DNA of 63,744 nt, the filler included, from Bigelowiella natans CCMP2755 (taxonomy: Eukaryota > Protista > Cercozoa): NCBI GenBank assembly GCA_000320545.1. It is 6 parts of 6 records of this genome, joined end to end, with 100 filler letters (N's around TTAATTAATTAA, not from the genome) between each part and the next. Parts side by side here need not be neighbours in the genome. Positions count along the whole stretch, not along the records: positions 1 to 14,598 come from ADNK01002152.1; positions 14,699 to 28,781 come from ADNK01003543.1; 4 more parts are not named here. The stretch is one strand, 5' to 3'. The translations under genes and the position numbers were made by a program. This document shows, one piece after another, positions 14,171 to 26,932 of the stretch. Numbering within the stretch: the stretch's first letter is position 1; every line of letters begins with the position of its first letter. The notes beneath the pieces were generated by a model, which was given only the letters and a program-made list of their open reading frames with translations, did no database searches and was not told where the DNA came from.

Positions 14171-14598
14171 TATTCAGTGTGCATCAACCAGGCAAAGAAT
14201 AATGCAGAAGAGGGGGGAGAGAAGGAGGAGGGAACAGGGCCAGCGACACCGATGACGATGACGATGAGACCACGATAAATCAAATATGAAGCTTTTGTGA
14301 TTCAGCGCCATCATAGGCGGCTTCTCTCTTCTTCCTCCTCCTCCTCCTCCTCCACCACCTTAAAAAACTTGTGAGGGTTAGTTTGAAAAAGTATTTTCTT
14401 AGTGGGTTGGGTTGGTATCTGTCTGGGAAAGAACCCCCCAACTAAGGCAACGAGGAAAAAAAGGAATCACGATCAACTAAGGAATACATTGCGTCGCCCT
14501 CACTATACAACAGCTTGAGATGGGGATAACTGATAATGTTCTGCAATGGTCTAGAAAGCGGCTGAGTATATTGGAGATTACACTTTGACTAGTGGAAA

Positions 14599-14698
14599 NN
14601 NNNNNNNNNNNNNNNNNNNNNNNNNNNNNNNNNNNNNNNNNNTTAATTAATTAANNNNNNNNNNNNNNNNNNNNNNNNNNNNNNNNNNNNNNNNNNNN
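14599..14698. other. Assembly spacer: N44-TTAATTAATTAA-N44 (six-frame stop linker)
   Basis: The same 100-bp structure recurs five times in the window. Confidence 0.97.
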
Positions 14699-17002
14699 GT
14701 TCCATGGTGAGTTGCTTGGCTCTATCTTCCCTTCCTTTGCCCATTCATTGATCTGCCACTCTATCTTTTCCCAGTCCGCTTCCGGTCGCCTATGTTCTGG
14801 GTCATTGATGATGCACTCTTCGTATCCCTTCTTTAGCTCGATCTTTACTGGGGTAAGCTTGCTGGAGGGCTTCGTCGTCGGCTTGGTGATGTCAGAGTAC
14901 TTCTCGTTTAATATTTTATTAATGTACTTTTTGCCTTTGTCGATATCCCAATCATCAGCTGGGGGGGTCTTGTCCAGTAGCTCCGTTATCTGTCGGATGG
15001 TCTTGCCGGGGTTCTTCTTCCGTAGCTCGGTAGGTGTAGGTAGCTTGTTGTCCGCTAGGTCCATAAACTCTAACGCATTAACGCTTGACTCAGAGGTCCA
15101 CTCGTCAAGCCGTATCATGTTCTGGCTGATGGTCCTGCCTGACTTCTTTGGCAACTTAGCAAAGTATATCTTGTGATTGTAGAATGATATGATCCCCCCT
15201 AATTTTTCTAGGGCATCCTGTCCGAGGAGTAGTTCCATGGATAAAGTCATGGCTACTCGGGTCTTGATTTGGGTCTCCGCGTCGCTGCCAGGTATCTGTA
15301 GCTTTAGCATTAGCTCACCGACGGTCTTCATGGAAGAGCTTCCGTCTGCTTGAGCATATTTACGTTCTTTCTTAGTCACTTGATCCAATAGTCCTAACCT
15401 TCTTACTGTGCTTAGGCTTATGAAGGACTTCGGCATGCTGCCACTATCCCAAAGGGCAGGTAGTTTCTTGTAGTCTCCGTAGCTGTCTTTAACTTTAACC
15501 TTGGTCATAGCAACTTTGATAGTCCTGTTAGCGTCTTCGTCATTAATGTTGCATACTCCTAAGTTCTTTATGTCGTCTAGGGTCATGGGCTTGTCTTGGT
15601 CCTGCGTTGCTGGTACTGCTGTCTTCGTCGGCGCCTGCTTAAGGTGATCTAATATTCCGTTTATCTGCTGCTGTATAGCATTGATACTGTTCTGCTTTTT
15701 GTTCTTATATTTATTGTTCTTCCCGTTGTTGCTGCCTTGCCATTTGCTGTTGTTATATCCTTGTCCTCTGCCTTTCTTTCTCTTTAACTTCTCGTAGTGT
15801 TCGTTGAGCTGCCTGATCGTCATCCTGGGTCGTCCTTCTTTCCTGTCTCTGCAGTCTTTAGCGGTGTGTTTCCCTTTACGTGAGCAGTATCCGCAACGTC
15901 GGTTACCTTCCCTGTCCTTGTACCAGTCTCGCTGCGGCTTAATAGCGTTAATGTTTCCTATGCCAGGTACCTTAGGGCTGGTAAACTTGCGGTCCTGCTC
16001 CTGCTCGCGTAGGGATATAGCCTGCACTGCTGCCTCCATCGTGGTGTAGCCTTTCTCCGTAACGTAAGTGGATTCCTTTATCTTTAACTTGAACTCTTCA
16101 AACCTTGCCTGATCATCACCTGTGTTGTAATTAAAATCATGTAGTTCGTCGATCATATCCTGGAAGCGCGTGGCAAAGTCTCTAACAGGTTCTCTCTCAT
16201 GCTGCATCATTGCTCTGTATTTTCTAATAGCCTGGGGTAGGGAGTTAGCATCCTGTTCATTTACAAAAGCCTTCATTATCGCCTCAACGTCTCGTAGCCC
16301 ACTAACTGTAGTGTGTATTTTCTCTAGCTGCCTGATCCGGGTCCTGCCTGTCTCGTAAAGGTCCATGGCTTGCTTTATTATAGCTAGCCATTTGAGCTTG
16401 TCGTTTTCGGTGGGGTTAGGGGTAAAGTCGCAGAGTATACTCCTAGCGTTCTTCCACCACCTCCTTGCCTCACCTCTTTTCCCGTTGTATTTCGTTATCA
16501 TAACCGGTGCTGTTTTAACAGACATGAACTGGGTGTTCCGCTGTACCGGCTGCTGCTGCTTGACGGTGCTCTGGGTCGTCCCCCGCGAGGCGCCCAGACC
16601 CCCGTCGTTCCTAAACAAAGCTGCCCACTCTGGAGGTAAGTCTGCTTCGTAATCCATGATGTCCTGCATGATAGCTGCCCAAACATCATGTGTCTGATAC
16701 TTGTATTCTATCGATACTTTCAGTTTGGCGTAGTTGCTCGCCCTGGGTCGCAAGGCTCGTAATGCCATTACGACCTTCTTGCTTTCGGCGGCCACGTCCT
16801 CGTCGTCCGCCTCGTAGAAGTTCTCCAGTGCCTCTGCTGCTGCATCTGCTTTCTTAATCCCGGGTGCTGGTCCCGGCGGTGCCTGTGGAGGTGTTCCTCC
16901 TCCTTCCTTAGCGTCCGTATCGCCCTTCCTTTCCTGTTTCTGCTCGTGCCCTTGCACGGCCTGCGAGCCAAAGTCCTGCTGTTCTTCTAGCTGCTGTGAC
17001 AT
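14699..17002 (-). CDS. Gag-Pol polyprotein (capsid, zinc knuckle, aspartic protease, RT N-terminus), partial
   Basis: About 768 open codons. QHEREPVRDFATRF (retrotransposon Gag), CGYCSRKGKHTAKDC knuckle, ALWDSGS protease site with LLLGQDAL, and GKIEPSNSPWN at the RT start. Confidence 0.92.
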
Positions 17003-17017
17003 TGTTAGTCAAATCGT

Positions 17018-17036
17018 TTCCCGTGTGTGGAAGCCA
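17018..17036 (-). promoter_or_regulatory. Primer-binding site of the LTR element
   Basis: Minus strand TGGCTTCCACACACGGGAA lies just inside the LTR. The plus strand reads like a tRNA 3' end (TTCCCGTGTGTGGAAG-CCA). Confidence 0.65.
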
Positions 17037-18009
17037 AAGGTTGTTGCGCGTAAGGTGTTCACAGGCCGAGGCGCTACGTGCACAAGTAGGCAGGGGGGGG
17101 GAAAGGCACGTTTGCTTCCTTTTGAAGAGTTGTGTTTATTTTTATTAAAGATTATATTTTTATTAAATCGTGCACTGCGTAATCATTCGCGAAGCTTTCG
17201 CGAATGCCGCCGCACGTGGGGCAGCACACTTCCGGTGTGCTGCCATGAGTCCCGCCGGAACCCACGTGCCTATGCTGTATTAATATCTACGTTATCTATA
17301 TTCTATATCCGCGACAACCCCTTTGTTGTCGCACGTGACTTGTGCCCGCGTAGTGGTACGCGCTACATGCAAAGGAAATGTGGAGATGACCGTGGCAAGA
17401 CTACCGACCTCGGAACAACCCTGTTGTTCAGTCTGCAAACTGCGAAATTCCCGCATGTCGCATTTCTAAAAACGTCAACAATTTCCGATATTTCTTCGTA
17501 CAATTTGTGATTGCAGCCCATCTCCAAATTGCGGCCAGCCCCTCAGGGTGTGCTACGTATGGAAATCGCGAAGAGGTAACGGATTCATCGTTTCGCAGCA
17601 TTAGGCCGTTTGCTTCGCAAACCGCGTACATCGCTTACGAACAAGGCCATAAACGACCCCTATTTCTTTCTGCTGTCGCAGACGAGCGCCCCTCGTTTGG
17701 GCTGACATTCAGTGCAGATGACGCAGTCGGTAGTGAACGGCCTGGAATTTAGCGTTTATAGACGTCTTTTGGGTTGTCTCAGAGGGTAAATCCGAAACCT
17801 AGAACCAGATCACTGACTATTCGCTGTCGCTGCTCCTCCGCCTACGGGCCAAGCTTGTTCGCAGGGGCTCCATTACCCCACAGCTTTTTCCCTCAAGGGA
17901 ACGTGTTGGGGGCATACGGGGGTAACATCAACGTTCCATTCGATCTAAAAAAGCTCGCAACCCTTTGGCAGCGGTAGGAAAGGGGAGAGAACGCGCGCAG
18001 GAAGGAGCC

Positions 18010-18125
18010 ATGAGCAATGCCAGGGGGCGGAGGAAGTCATCAATCTCAAACTTCAAAGGCGTTCTCAGAGGACTGTCAGTTTTCTAATTCAAGCAATAAC
18101 TGTTGATCATTTTGTTGCATATGAG

Positions 18126-18172
<47 letters not shown>

Positions 18173-18681
18173 GTACGCTTTCTAGAACACAAAAACTTAA
18201 AAAAATAACAGCGATGCAACGTTGCTTGCGGAGACGGAGTAGTTTCAACTGTTGATTTAGCTTTGTCATATCTAATGAATACGCTCGCGGCTGGCCGTTT
18301 CGTCAATAGGAAAGAGACGGTTGTACGATATGAACCCATCGAGCTGAAGATTCGAGATGCAACGAGCAATGAGCCGTGGGGAGCGCCGAACACACTCCTA
18401 GCAGAAATAGCACGTGCCACGCACGACAAGTAATACATGCTACATATATGCCTAGGGGTTTCATTTCGCATGTAATGTGTTCAGCGAGACACGTGGGTGA
18501 CGGGCTGTCCTGTTCCGACAGAAACCCAGTGGCCATCCATCGCTAATCCATTGCTATTTTGTTCAAACAGCTTTCAGTATAAGAAGCTGTTCGCAATGGT
18601 TTGGAAGCGTTTCAAGCACGACGGAATCGTCCTCCATGTACAAAAGGTCCCTCCTGAAATTTAAAAATATATAGGATATGT

Positions 18682-18757
<76 letters not shown>

Positions 18758-20261
18758 GCGACAAGCTGGGGGCAGCCTCTAAGCTGTGGTATGCGATTGC
18801 TCAACGTAGCACTACTTTCATTCTAACAATAGTGACAATGGTTATTATTGTTATCATCATCATCGTCGTCGTCATCATCACTGTTATAACCCATCCATTT
18901 TCTCATGGGCATCAAATTTAGGCAATGATACTCATCGAGTATCTTCTCAAAAATGGCTCAAACCGTTTCATCCTCGACGTAAGGACGAGGATGGAGGACA
19001 TCCGCGATAAGAAGGACAACTACAAAGCAAGGGGCAAGAAACTTAAGGACATTGAACGGGTGACGCAAGGTACTCCGAGCAAGGCTTCAATATTCTGGGA
19101 TTAAGAGAGAAATTAGCCAAAAAAAACAACATCTATGCTTTTGATCATTCGTAACTCTCTGTCCTTCCGTCTTCTACTTTCTATGCATATGTTCCACCAC
19201 CAGTCAAACGGAAGGCAGCACGTCTACTTCGACTTATTACCGACGAGGATTTGCTCCTCAGAGAGAGGCAAGTTGCGGAAAGACTTCGGAACATGAAGCA
19301 GCAAAGTGGTTGTGAAACAAGCAGCAGCAGCAGCAGCACTATAGAAAGATGTATATTTTACTCTAAATGTGCCTATTTCTCCGCGAAGTGTGTATGTCAC
19401 AAACACCAACGATGCCCTGCAATAGCACACAACATCCTGACGTACACGGTAAATTCTGCTCTACAACTCAACTTTGGTGGTGGAGGGATAATACTTCGTA
19501 CACTTCGAACCGGTTTTGATAGAATAAGTGGACAGAATTACTGATATGATATGAACATTTACTGCAGCGGTCGATTGTACCTCTTTTGACCCGTTTTCTT
19601 ACCCCATCGCGGAAGAAGGGATGGGGGGCAAAGCAGAAGAAACGTCTGCGAAGTAAGTGCGAACACCACCTCTGGTATGAGGAAGATGAACATAGTCGAG
19701 CTAAGCTTTCGTGTCACTATTCAGGACTAGAGACGAGATAGCGGAGGGCATCAAGGCTGATAGCGGCGTGTGCCGAGAGCGAAAGGTGCGATCAGGCAGA
19801 ACAACCAAATCAGCGGAGGATAGGAAGAGGGGGGGCGGAACTAAGATCAATGCCGACTTTAGAGGGATTCCCCATCACGACGACCCTTTTGTAAGCAATG
19901 GAGGTGCAACTGGCGTGGGTGGAGGAAGGGGGTTAGAATCTTCATTCGATGAGGACCCTTTCTCTTCGAATGCTAGCAAGCGAAAAGGCAGTGAGCAGAG
20001 GGAGGAGGAAGAGAAGGCGGAACCCTCCGTTCCCCCTGCTCCCTCTCCCTCTCCGCAAAGAGTCTCCTGCGGGGGGGGGAGGGCCGATACACAGCGAAAG
20101 GCTTTGACAAATAACAACTTCAATTGTGATTTCTTTGACTTTGAGGACAATGATGGGGAACCCCCCCGAAGCAACTCGAAAAGGAAAGCGAAAGGTGCAT
20201 AGCATGGGGGGGGAAGGGTATGGTGAGCTTGGGTATTTTCAGAGAATAATTTCATATCGAT

Positions 20262-20303
<42 letters not shown>

Positions 20304-21763
20304 TCTATCTTCCTCCTTCTCCTTCTTCCTTTTCTCCTATTCTACGTACTATCTCCGCAATATAAAATATTACATATATTATTACGTACGTATATAACAG
20401 GAGCGAGAAGAAAGGCAGCAGCATCTGCTTCGTCGCAACCTCCCCCCCCCGCATCGGCAAGTGCTGGAGGAGAAGGTCTCGACTTGAACGCTATATTCGG
20501 GGGCGGCGCTGCTGCAGCAACTGCCAGTGCAACGACTACGACAACAGCCACAACTTCTTTAGCCCCTCCTTCTCGCTCGAGGATAGCAACCAGGAGCCGC
20601 AGTAGCATTCGTAAATCTGCTGGTCCTCCGAGGATAACGGCCACCAGGAGCCGAAGTAGTAACCGCAAATCGTCGCTTTTGGCCTCAACGTCGCCTATCA
20701 GAACGACGGACTCGAAGAACGATGCATCTGTATCCGCCGCTACTACTACTTCGGGTTAGGACAAAAACACACATGAGTAGGAGTTGCATATATGCGTGTA
20801 CACACACGGCCCCCTCCCATCTGACCCCCCCTTTCTTCTACCGTCTCATTAGAACAAGACCCGGGGCTTCTCTTCGAGGTGTTTTCTAACATGGCAAATA
20901 ATGCTGAAGCAGCAATCCGAGGGGATGAAGTTTCGATCGTTGCTCCCCCCCCCCGTTCCGGAGCTGCCTATCCCTTTGGCATTAATACTAATAACGATAA
21001 CAGTAACGATAACAGTAACGATGATAATCATAGCCCCTCCATAGCGCACACCGTGTCCATACCGTCATCGGGGGAGGTAAACACGAGGAGGGGGAGGAGG
21101 AGGGATAGGGAGCGACCGGTGAGCAAGTTGCCATCCAACGATACGATGTCATCCTTGTTCGCTCAGCAGCCTGTGATATCCAGAGCATCTCTGTTATCAT
21201 CGGCAGCAACAACGGAGCCGCCAACAACACATCACCTTGTTTCGCCGTTCTCTGTGCCCCATGATAATCCGTTTATCAAGCCGCCGCCTTCCACATCTAT
21301 CTCGTTGCCACCCTCGTCACAGCAACAGCAATCACTATCACAGTCACAACCGCGAGTGGGGACAAAGCAGAATAGCCGCGGCACCGTTGGCAGCATTGGC
21401 AGTTTAAGCAAACAGAGTGGCAGCAATGGCAGCGATAACGACAGCTGCGGCAACGGAAGCAATGGCGGTGTCAGCGCTAGCCATGCCCAGGGCTTCGAAA
21501 CTAAGACCATCAACGAAAAGGCTCGATTTGAGGGAGACAACGACGGCGGCGTTGTTAATGGGAACCCTTTCCTGAACCCTATGGCCCAGAATGCCATCCG
21601 CCCGCACACGCAAGTGCAGCAAAGGCAAGATCAGCAGAAAACGATGATAAAGAAGAAGAAGAAGAAGCCGTGCCAGCAGGAGCCGCGGCCGCGGCCGCAA
21701 TCGTTACCCCCGCAAAGCAGAGATAAAAATGATGACGTTTTTGCCGAGTTGTTCGATTTCTAG
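18010..21763 (+). CDS. ENTH-domain (epsin/epsinR-like) endocytic adaptor, multi-exon; start uncertain
   Basis: Exons YEPIELKIRDATSNEPWGAPNTLLAEIARATHD (18310-18430), LFAMVWKRF..HVQK, AMILIEYLLKNGS and VKRKAARLLRLITDEDLLLRER. Long disordered tail with DPF/NPF motifs, ending DVFAELFDF*. Confidence 0.9.
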
Positions 21764-21880
21764 CCTCTGGATGACTTGTTAAGGAGCATCTCTGTGATAT
21801 GAAAATGATTATGTCGATAAGAAGTTGATATTGATGAGGACCGTTGTACATTAGCTAAATATATCGGATATCTTCAGCCA

Positions 21881-21916
<36 letters not shown>

Positions 21917-22202
21917 ACAAAATATGGCTCTATGAGCATATTATGTGTGTGCGTATATTCGATAAACTTTCCTCCATTTCAGCAAGGTTCTTTTGTTCCC
22001 TCCTCGCGCCTATTCTGTTAACAATGTGTCACTTGGTTCTTGTCTGCTGCGTGCGTCGTGTGCATACGTGTGACGACTATCTGTGATTCAACAATGTCTA
22101 GAGTGTGTGGTCGCTGCTACACGTTCGTGCACATCTTGTCAGGCGCTGTAGCGGCCAGTTTGCACAGCTACATGATTAGGACAACAACTTGCACATTGAA
22201 AA

Positions 22203-23882
22203 ATCAGCATTGCACAAATTGCAGCTTGCCGCAAAAAGCGCGGCGTCGCGTGCGTGCAAACAAATGATTGCATTGAGCATGTGCGCACAGTCAGTTGCAC
22301 ATGCGCATCAGCTCGCGCGTGCACAGCTGTGCGCACTTTCTGATCGCGCGCATTTGCATTGCGCACGATGCACGTGTGCACACATCGTGCTGCGTGGACG
22401 TGCAGTCATGGCGCACGTGCGCACGTGCACTGCACTGCACGCTCACGCGTTCCAATGATCGATGCGTGCACGCACGTGTCTGCACGTCGTTTGTTGCGCA
22501 TTTTGGCAGTCAAACGCTCACGTTTTTCAATGCAAAAAACGATCGTGCGTTGCGTGCGATGCAGCTGCACGAGAGTGCACGCACGGTTGCTTGTTGCGCA
22601 CGTGCGTGCACGTGTTCAACGTGCGCAGCCGTCACCAGTCTAGCAGTGCTTTGGCAGAGCCCGCTGCCTTGCTCTGTTTGCACTTTGAGCTTCCAATGCA
22701 ATTTGGTCGCCGTGCAGCGCGTGCAATGCAAAAAGTGACGCTTTTTCAGCGGTGCATGCGATTGCATGTCAAAACGACAACTTGCAACAAGCAGCAGCAG
22801 CGACACTCCAGCATCAAATTTCAGACTCGTCGCTGCTGCTGCTGGAAAGCACCTTCTTCTCCCCGTCCCACACCGACTCTTCGAAAAAAAAAATGCCAAT
22901 GTGCTGTTGTGCAAGCTTGGGTGCGGTGCGGTGTGCGCGTGGTGAGACAAAGGCAGCAAACGAGCAAGCAGCGGTGTTCAGGTTGAACTGTGATGAGGTC
23001 ATGCATGTGCTTGACCGCCCTTTCATGGAGGTCAAGCTTGTCAGAGATTGAACATGATTGCATTACATTTCTAGGTCGCGACAAGACTTCGTCTTGTCGC
23101 AGGATGTGCGGGTGCATTCCTTGTCGCAGCAGGGCGAAGCGCCATGGCAGTGCTTGTCGCACCTGTGCCACTTCACCTGCTGCAGCATGCACAGTTGTGC
23201 TTGCTAATTTCTTCGGTTCATGCTCGCTTGCATGTCAACTACATGCTTGTCACATTTGTGCGAGCATGGGAGCATCGACATGTGCTGATTGGACTTGACT
23301 GTTTCGCATTGTTCAATGGCGGTGGTTCCATCCGCACATCCGGAACCGAACCCGCACATTGAACTCGTGCTGGGAGGGAGGCAGTTTCAGTTTTTTTGAC
23401 ACTTCGTTGGCTCTGACTTGCTCAGAAGTCAGAGCCGCCACTTTCGTTGATGAAGCCTCCACGTCAGCTTTTTCCTTTGGTGGCTTTGTTTTCATTGTCA
23501 CTCAATGCACTCAGCTGCATTGCACGCGCATGCAGTGCACGATTGACTTTTTTGATCGAAAAATGTGAGCGTCATTGTGTCGCAAAGTTCACGCAACAAA
23601 CGACGTGTTGTTGATGCGTGCGTGTGCATGCATCACAAGCGTGCAGTGCATGCAGTGCACGTGCGCACGTGCGCCATGACTGCACGTCCACGCAGCACGA
23701 TGTGTGCACACGTGCATCGTGCGCAATGCAAACCCGCGCGATGCAAAAAGTGCGTGCAACTGTTCACGCGCGAGCTGATGAGCACGCGCAACTGACTGTG
23801 CGTGCGTGCTCAACGCAATCAGTTGTCTGCACGCACGCGACGCCGCGCTTTTTGCGGCAAGCTGCAATTTGTGCAATGCTGA
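22203..23882. mobile_element. Degenerate element with long (about 350-380 bp) terminal inverted repeats, TpA-depleted
   Basis: 22203-~22570 is the reverse complement of ~23505-23882 (TCAGCATTGCACAAATTGCAGCTTGCCGCAAAAAGCGCGGCGTCGCG...). No transposase recognisable. Confidence 0.75.
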
Positions 23883-24358
23883 ATGTGATCATTTCGTCAC
23901 ATTGCACCAGTCTCACGGCATCGTAGCTGCCATGCGCTTCATTGCGAGTGTGTCATTGGAATTGTCACACAAAATTGTGGCCGACAAAGTAAAAAGCTAT
24001 CAACGCCGTGTGCAGCCGTGCTCTCCATTGTTACGCTGCTAGTTTGAGCACGGCGCTTGCTTGCGATCAGTACCATGTTCGATGATGATGCGCTGCATGC
24101 TATGTGAGTTCATAGCTAACCATCGCATGCATGCATCTCAGCGAGCATCACAATGTGTATTTATTTTCTTGTAATGTTTACTACGTACATGCGAAGCATG
24201 CGAGCTTCTACGCTAACCAAGCTGGTGTTGCTGCTGGTCTGACGTCAACATATTGATCTGATCTATGGCCTGCCTGCATGAGCCTTTCATGCGCCGTCCT
24301 GTCTCGCTCAATTTTATCGCAGCATTATTGCATGTCTTACATCACCAAATAGACTGGC

Positions 24359-26932
24359 TTAATCGATTTCCACGAAGGTGGAGATGTCCTCCTTCTCCCC
24401 TGCAAGAGCGCGGACTACCGTACCGACTGCAACCTTAAACTTGTCCAGCCTACCGAGAATGACATCGCGTTTGGCTTTGGGGTGTCGCCGAATCCACTCG
24501 AGAAAATCTTCGCACGATCGCAGCGCAGCCTGCTGCTCAACCTCAGAGATGCTATCGTTGTCTTCTTCCTCTACCATGTTGTGCTTCAGCTCGTATACCA
24601 TTTCCTCTACGCGACGGATGAAGTCAATACGCTCCTCCCTCTTTGTGTCGGCTTGTTCAAAGCTCACTAGGCGGTCCTTGTGCTCATTGGCCTCCCTCTC
24701 GCTCGCCATGTGCCCGTCGAGAACGGCAGAGGCCTCGTTCTTTGTCTGAGACTCCACAGCTGTGGCTGTCACTTCCCCGCTCTCTGAAACCTTGATGGCG
24801 ATCGTAATGACAAGCTTGCCTCGCGTCGCCGTGCTAGGTAGGTCGCCCAGCTCAAACCCACCTAGAAAACGATTCTGTGACGCCTTTGGCCTTTCCCCCT
24901 CATAAATCTTTATCGCAACACGCTCCTGGCCATCCGAGTGAGTCGTAAACCTACGGTAAAAGCGCGTTGGGAGCTCGCTATCCTGAGGGACGATTGTCAC
25001 CATCTCGCCATAAGCAGCTTCTATGCCGATTCGGAGAGGAGTGGAGGGCGGTTTTAGGAGAACTGCCGCCTGTATAGCTGCACCTATACCTACGATCGTG
25101 CTTGGGTCGTGTTTCTTTGCGTCCACGTCGCAGTGCCCTGCAAAGAATTCTCGGAGATGCTCTTGGATCTGGTGGATGAGAGGGGTTGGAAAGGCAATGA
25201 TCACACGGCAAGTTGCTAGGGATTCAGTATATAAAGACACACAAGATGATGCTTCTCTACAAATATCGAGGACGACCACTGTCTTCTACCATTCGAATTC
25301 TAGTGCTCATGATGAAAAATGAACAGCATGGGAAGCTGGCTTATGAGGATACACGCCTCTCCCTTGACGCTAAAATCTCCCAGTACACCACCTTTGGAAT
25401 TCGTGACGAGCCCCCGGAGAGGACGACATGATTAATGTCTTTTGCCGTGAGGTTTGCGGCGTCTAGCACCTTGCCTAGAGGCACAAAGATCTTGAGGAAG
25501 GCATTCTCACAAGTCCTCTCGAAATCCGAGCGCTTAACCTCGCAGTTGAGGTTGGTCCGTTCGAAAAACGACTCCAAAACCAGAGGCACCTTGGACGTTG
25601 TCGAGAGCAATTCTTTGGTTTTTGCGATGCTACGGAGCAGACGTTCTGCAATCTCAGTGTCTTTCATGGGGTTAGCCCCTCGGTTTTGCTCCTTGAAGCC
25701 CCTGAGAACGTCCTCGGCCAGCAGCTCATCGAACACCACGCCGCCGAAGTTATCGGAGCCGGCAGTCGCTAGGATGGAGAAGGAGCCGTTGAAGTACCTT
25801 CATATTTAGGAGAAAATGTATGCATTTACATAGAGGGTGGTTATGCTTGCCTAGGAATACAAGATGCATGTGGTCGCGTGAGTTCATGTTCCTCATGTTA
25901 TGCGTTCCATGTTTCGCCAGCCCTTCTCCTTCATATTTCGTGTCGCTGCTGCTGCTGCTGCTGCTGCTGTTATTGTGGTTGTCGTTGAACCTAAGAATCG
26001 TGACATCCAATGTTCGACCGCCAAGATCAAAGACTAGAATCGTCCGCCCTAGTTCCCGCTTCACCTCCGTACGTCTTATTTTCCCCTTGGCGTTCTTTCT
26101 CTCGACTGTGACATATCCGTACTTTCTTTTGTCCAATTCTGCGCCAATCGCGGCCGCGACGGGACAGCTGATCATCTTTAAGACTTCAAATCCTGCTTTG
26201 GTAGCTGCTTCTTTTAGCTTCTGTTTCTCCTCTGCAGAGAACCGCAGGGGCGCAGTTAGAACCACCTTCTTTATGCGGCTGGGGAACGTCCTCAGACGGA
26301 CATACTTGCGGATAGTTTTGAAGAGATGCTCCATAATCTGTGCATATGGAATGGGCAGAGAAGGAGAAATGGTTTTCGGGTCAAAAGTCAAATGAAGGAA
26401 GTTTGCGCCTAGTGAGCAACTGCTTCATGTTATTTTGAGAAGTGAGAATACATGCGTGTTGGTAGATTGGTGCGAGTAGTGAAAAAGTGTGCTGTTTCAA
26501 CTAGTCTTCTATATCATATTAGGAGGAGGAGGAGGAGGAGGAGGAGGAGGAGGAGGAGGAGGCAAAGGAACATCATGAGGGTGGGGATGCTTAACGAAGC
26601 ACCTCGTCACGCGTACAATCCTTCCCTGCTTTAGCTAGCATATCTGGTACTGACGCACTTGTGCGTCCCTGCTCGTCGGAAACAACCCCCACACTGTCGT
26701 CAAAATAACCTACCACGGATGTCGTCGAACCTAAATCAATTCCAAGAGCGAGCTCCGGCGGTGGCTTTCCTGACTCGTGCATCGTTGAGCACATGTACTG
26801 GCTGCCTTCCCACTCGATGTCCTCGAGGACAAAGTCGACCACCCCACCCATCTTCTCATCATCCTTGCGTTTGAGCTCGCGTGGATCGTAGATGGGCTCG
26901 TGATCCGGCATAGATAGTAACCAATCTGTCAT
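24359..26932 (-). CDS. Divergent Hsp70-family protein, multi-exon
   Basis: LGIDLGSTTS, VVLTAPLRF, VFDLGGRTLDV, NFGGVVFD, VVLSGGSSRIPKV, GAAIQAAVL, FTTHSDGQ..IKIYEGER; C-terminus FVEID*. Confidence 0.9.

Larger units (their letters stand above)
14699..17367 (-). mobile_element. Ty3/Gypsy LTR retrotransposon, 5' part (LTR, PBS, gag-protease, start of RT), truncated by the gap
   Basis: Putative 5' LTR at about 17042-17367 (starts TGTAGCG on the minus strand, contains AATAAA), then a PBS, then an uninterrupted gag-pol ORF. Protease followed directly by RT gives the Gypsy domain order. Confidence 0.88.

Noticed and set aside
14643-14654. TTAATTAATTAA as a biological motif; ORF stop at 14651
   Set aside because: Artificial linker inside N-spacers. 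Adjacency across spacers is not reliable.
22189-23926. Many overlapping Cys/His-rich ORFs resembling zinc-finger or metallothionein proteins
   Set aside because: By-product of TA loss (fewer TAA/TAG stops, Tyr->Cys/His). They occur on both strands and in all frames.
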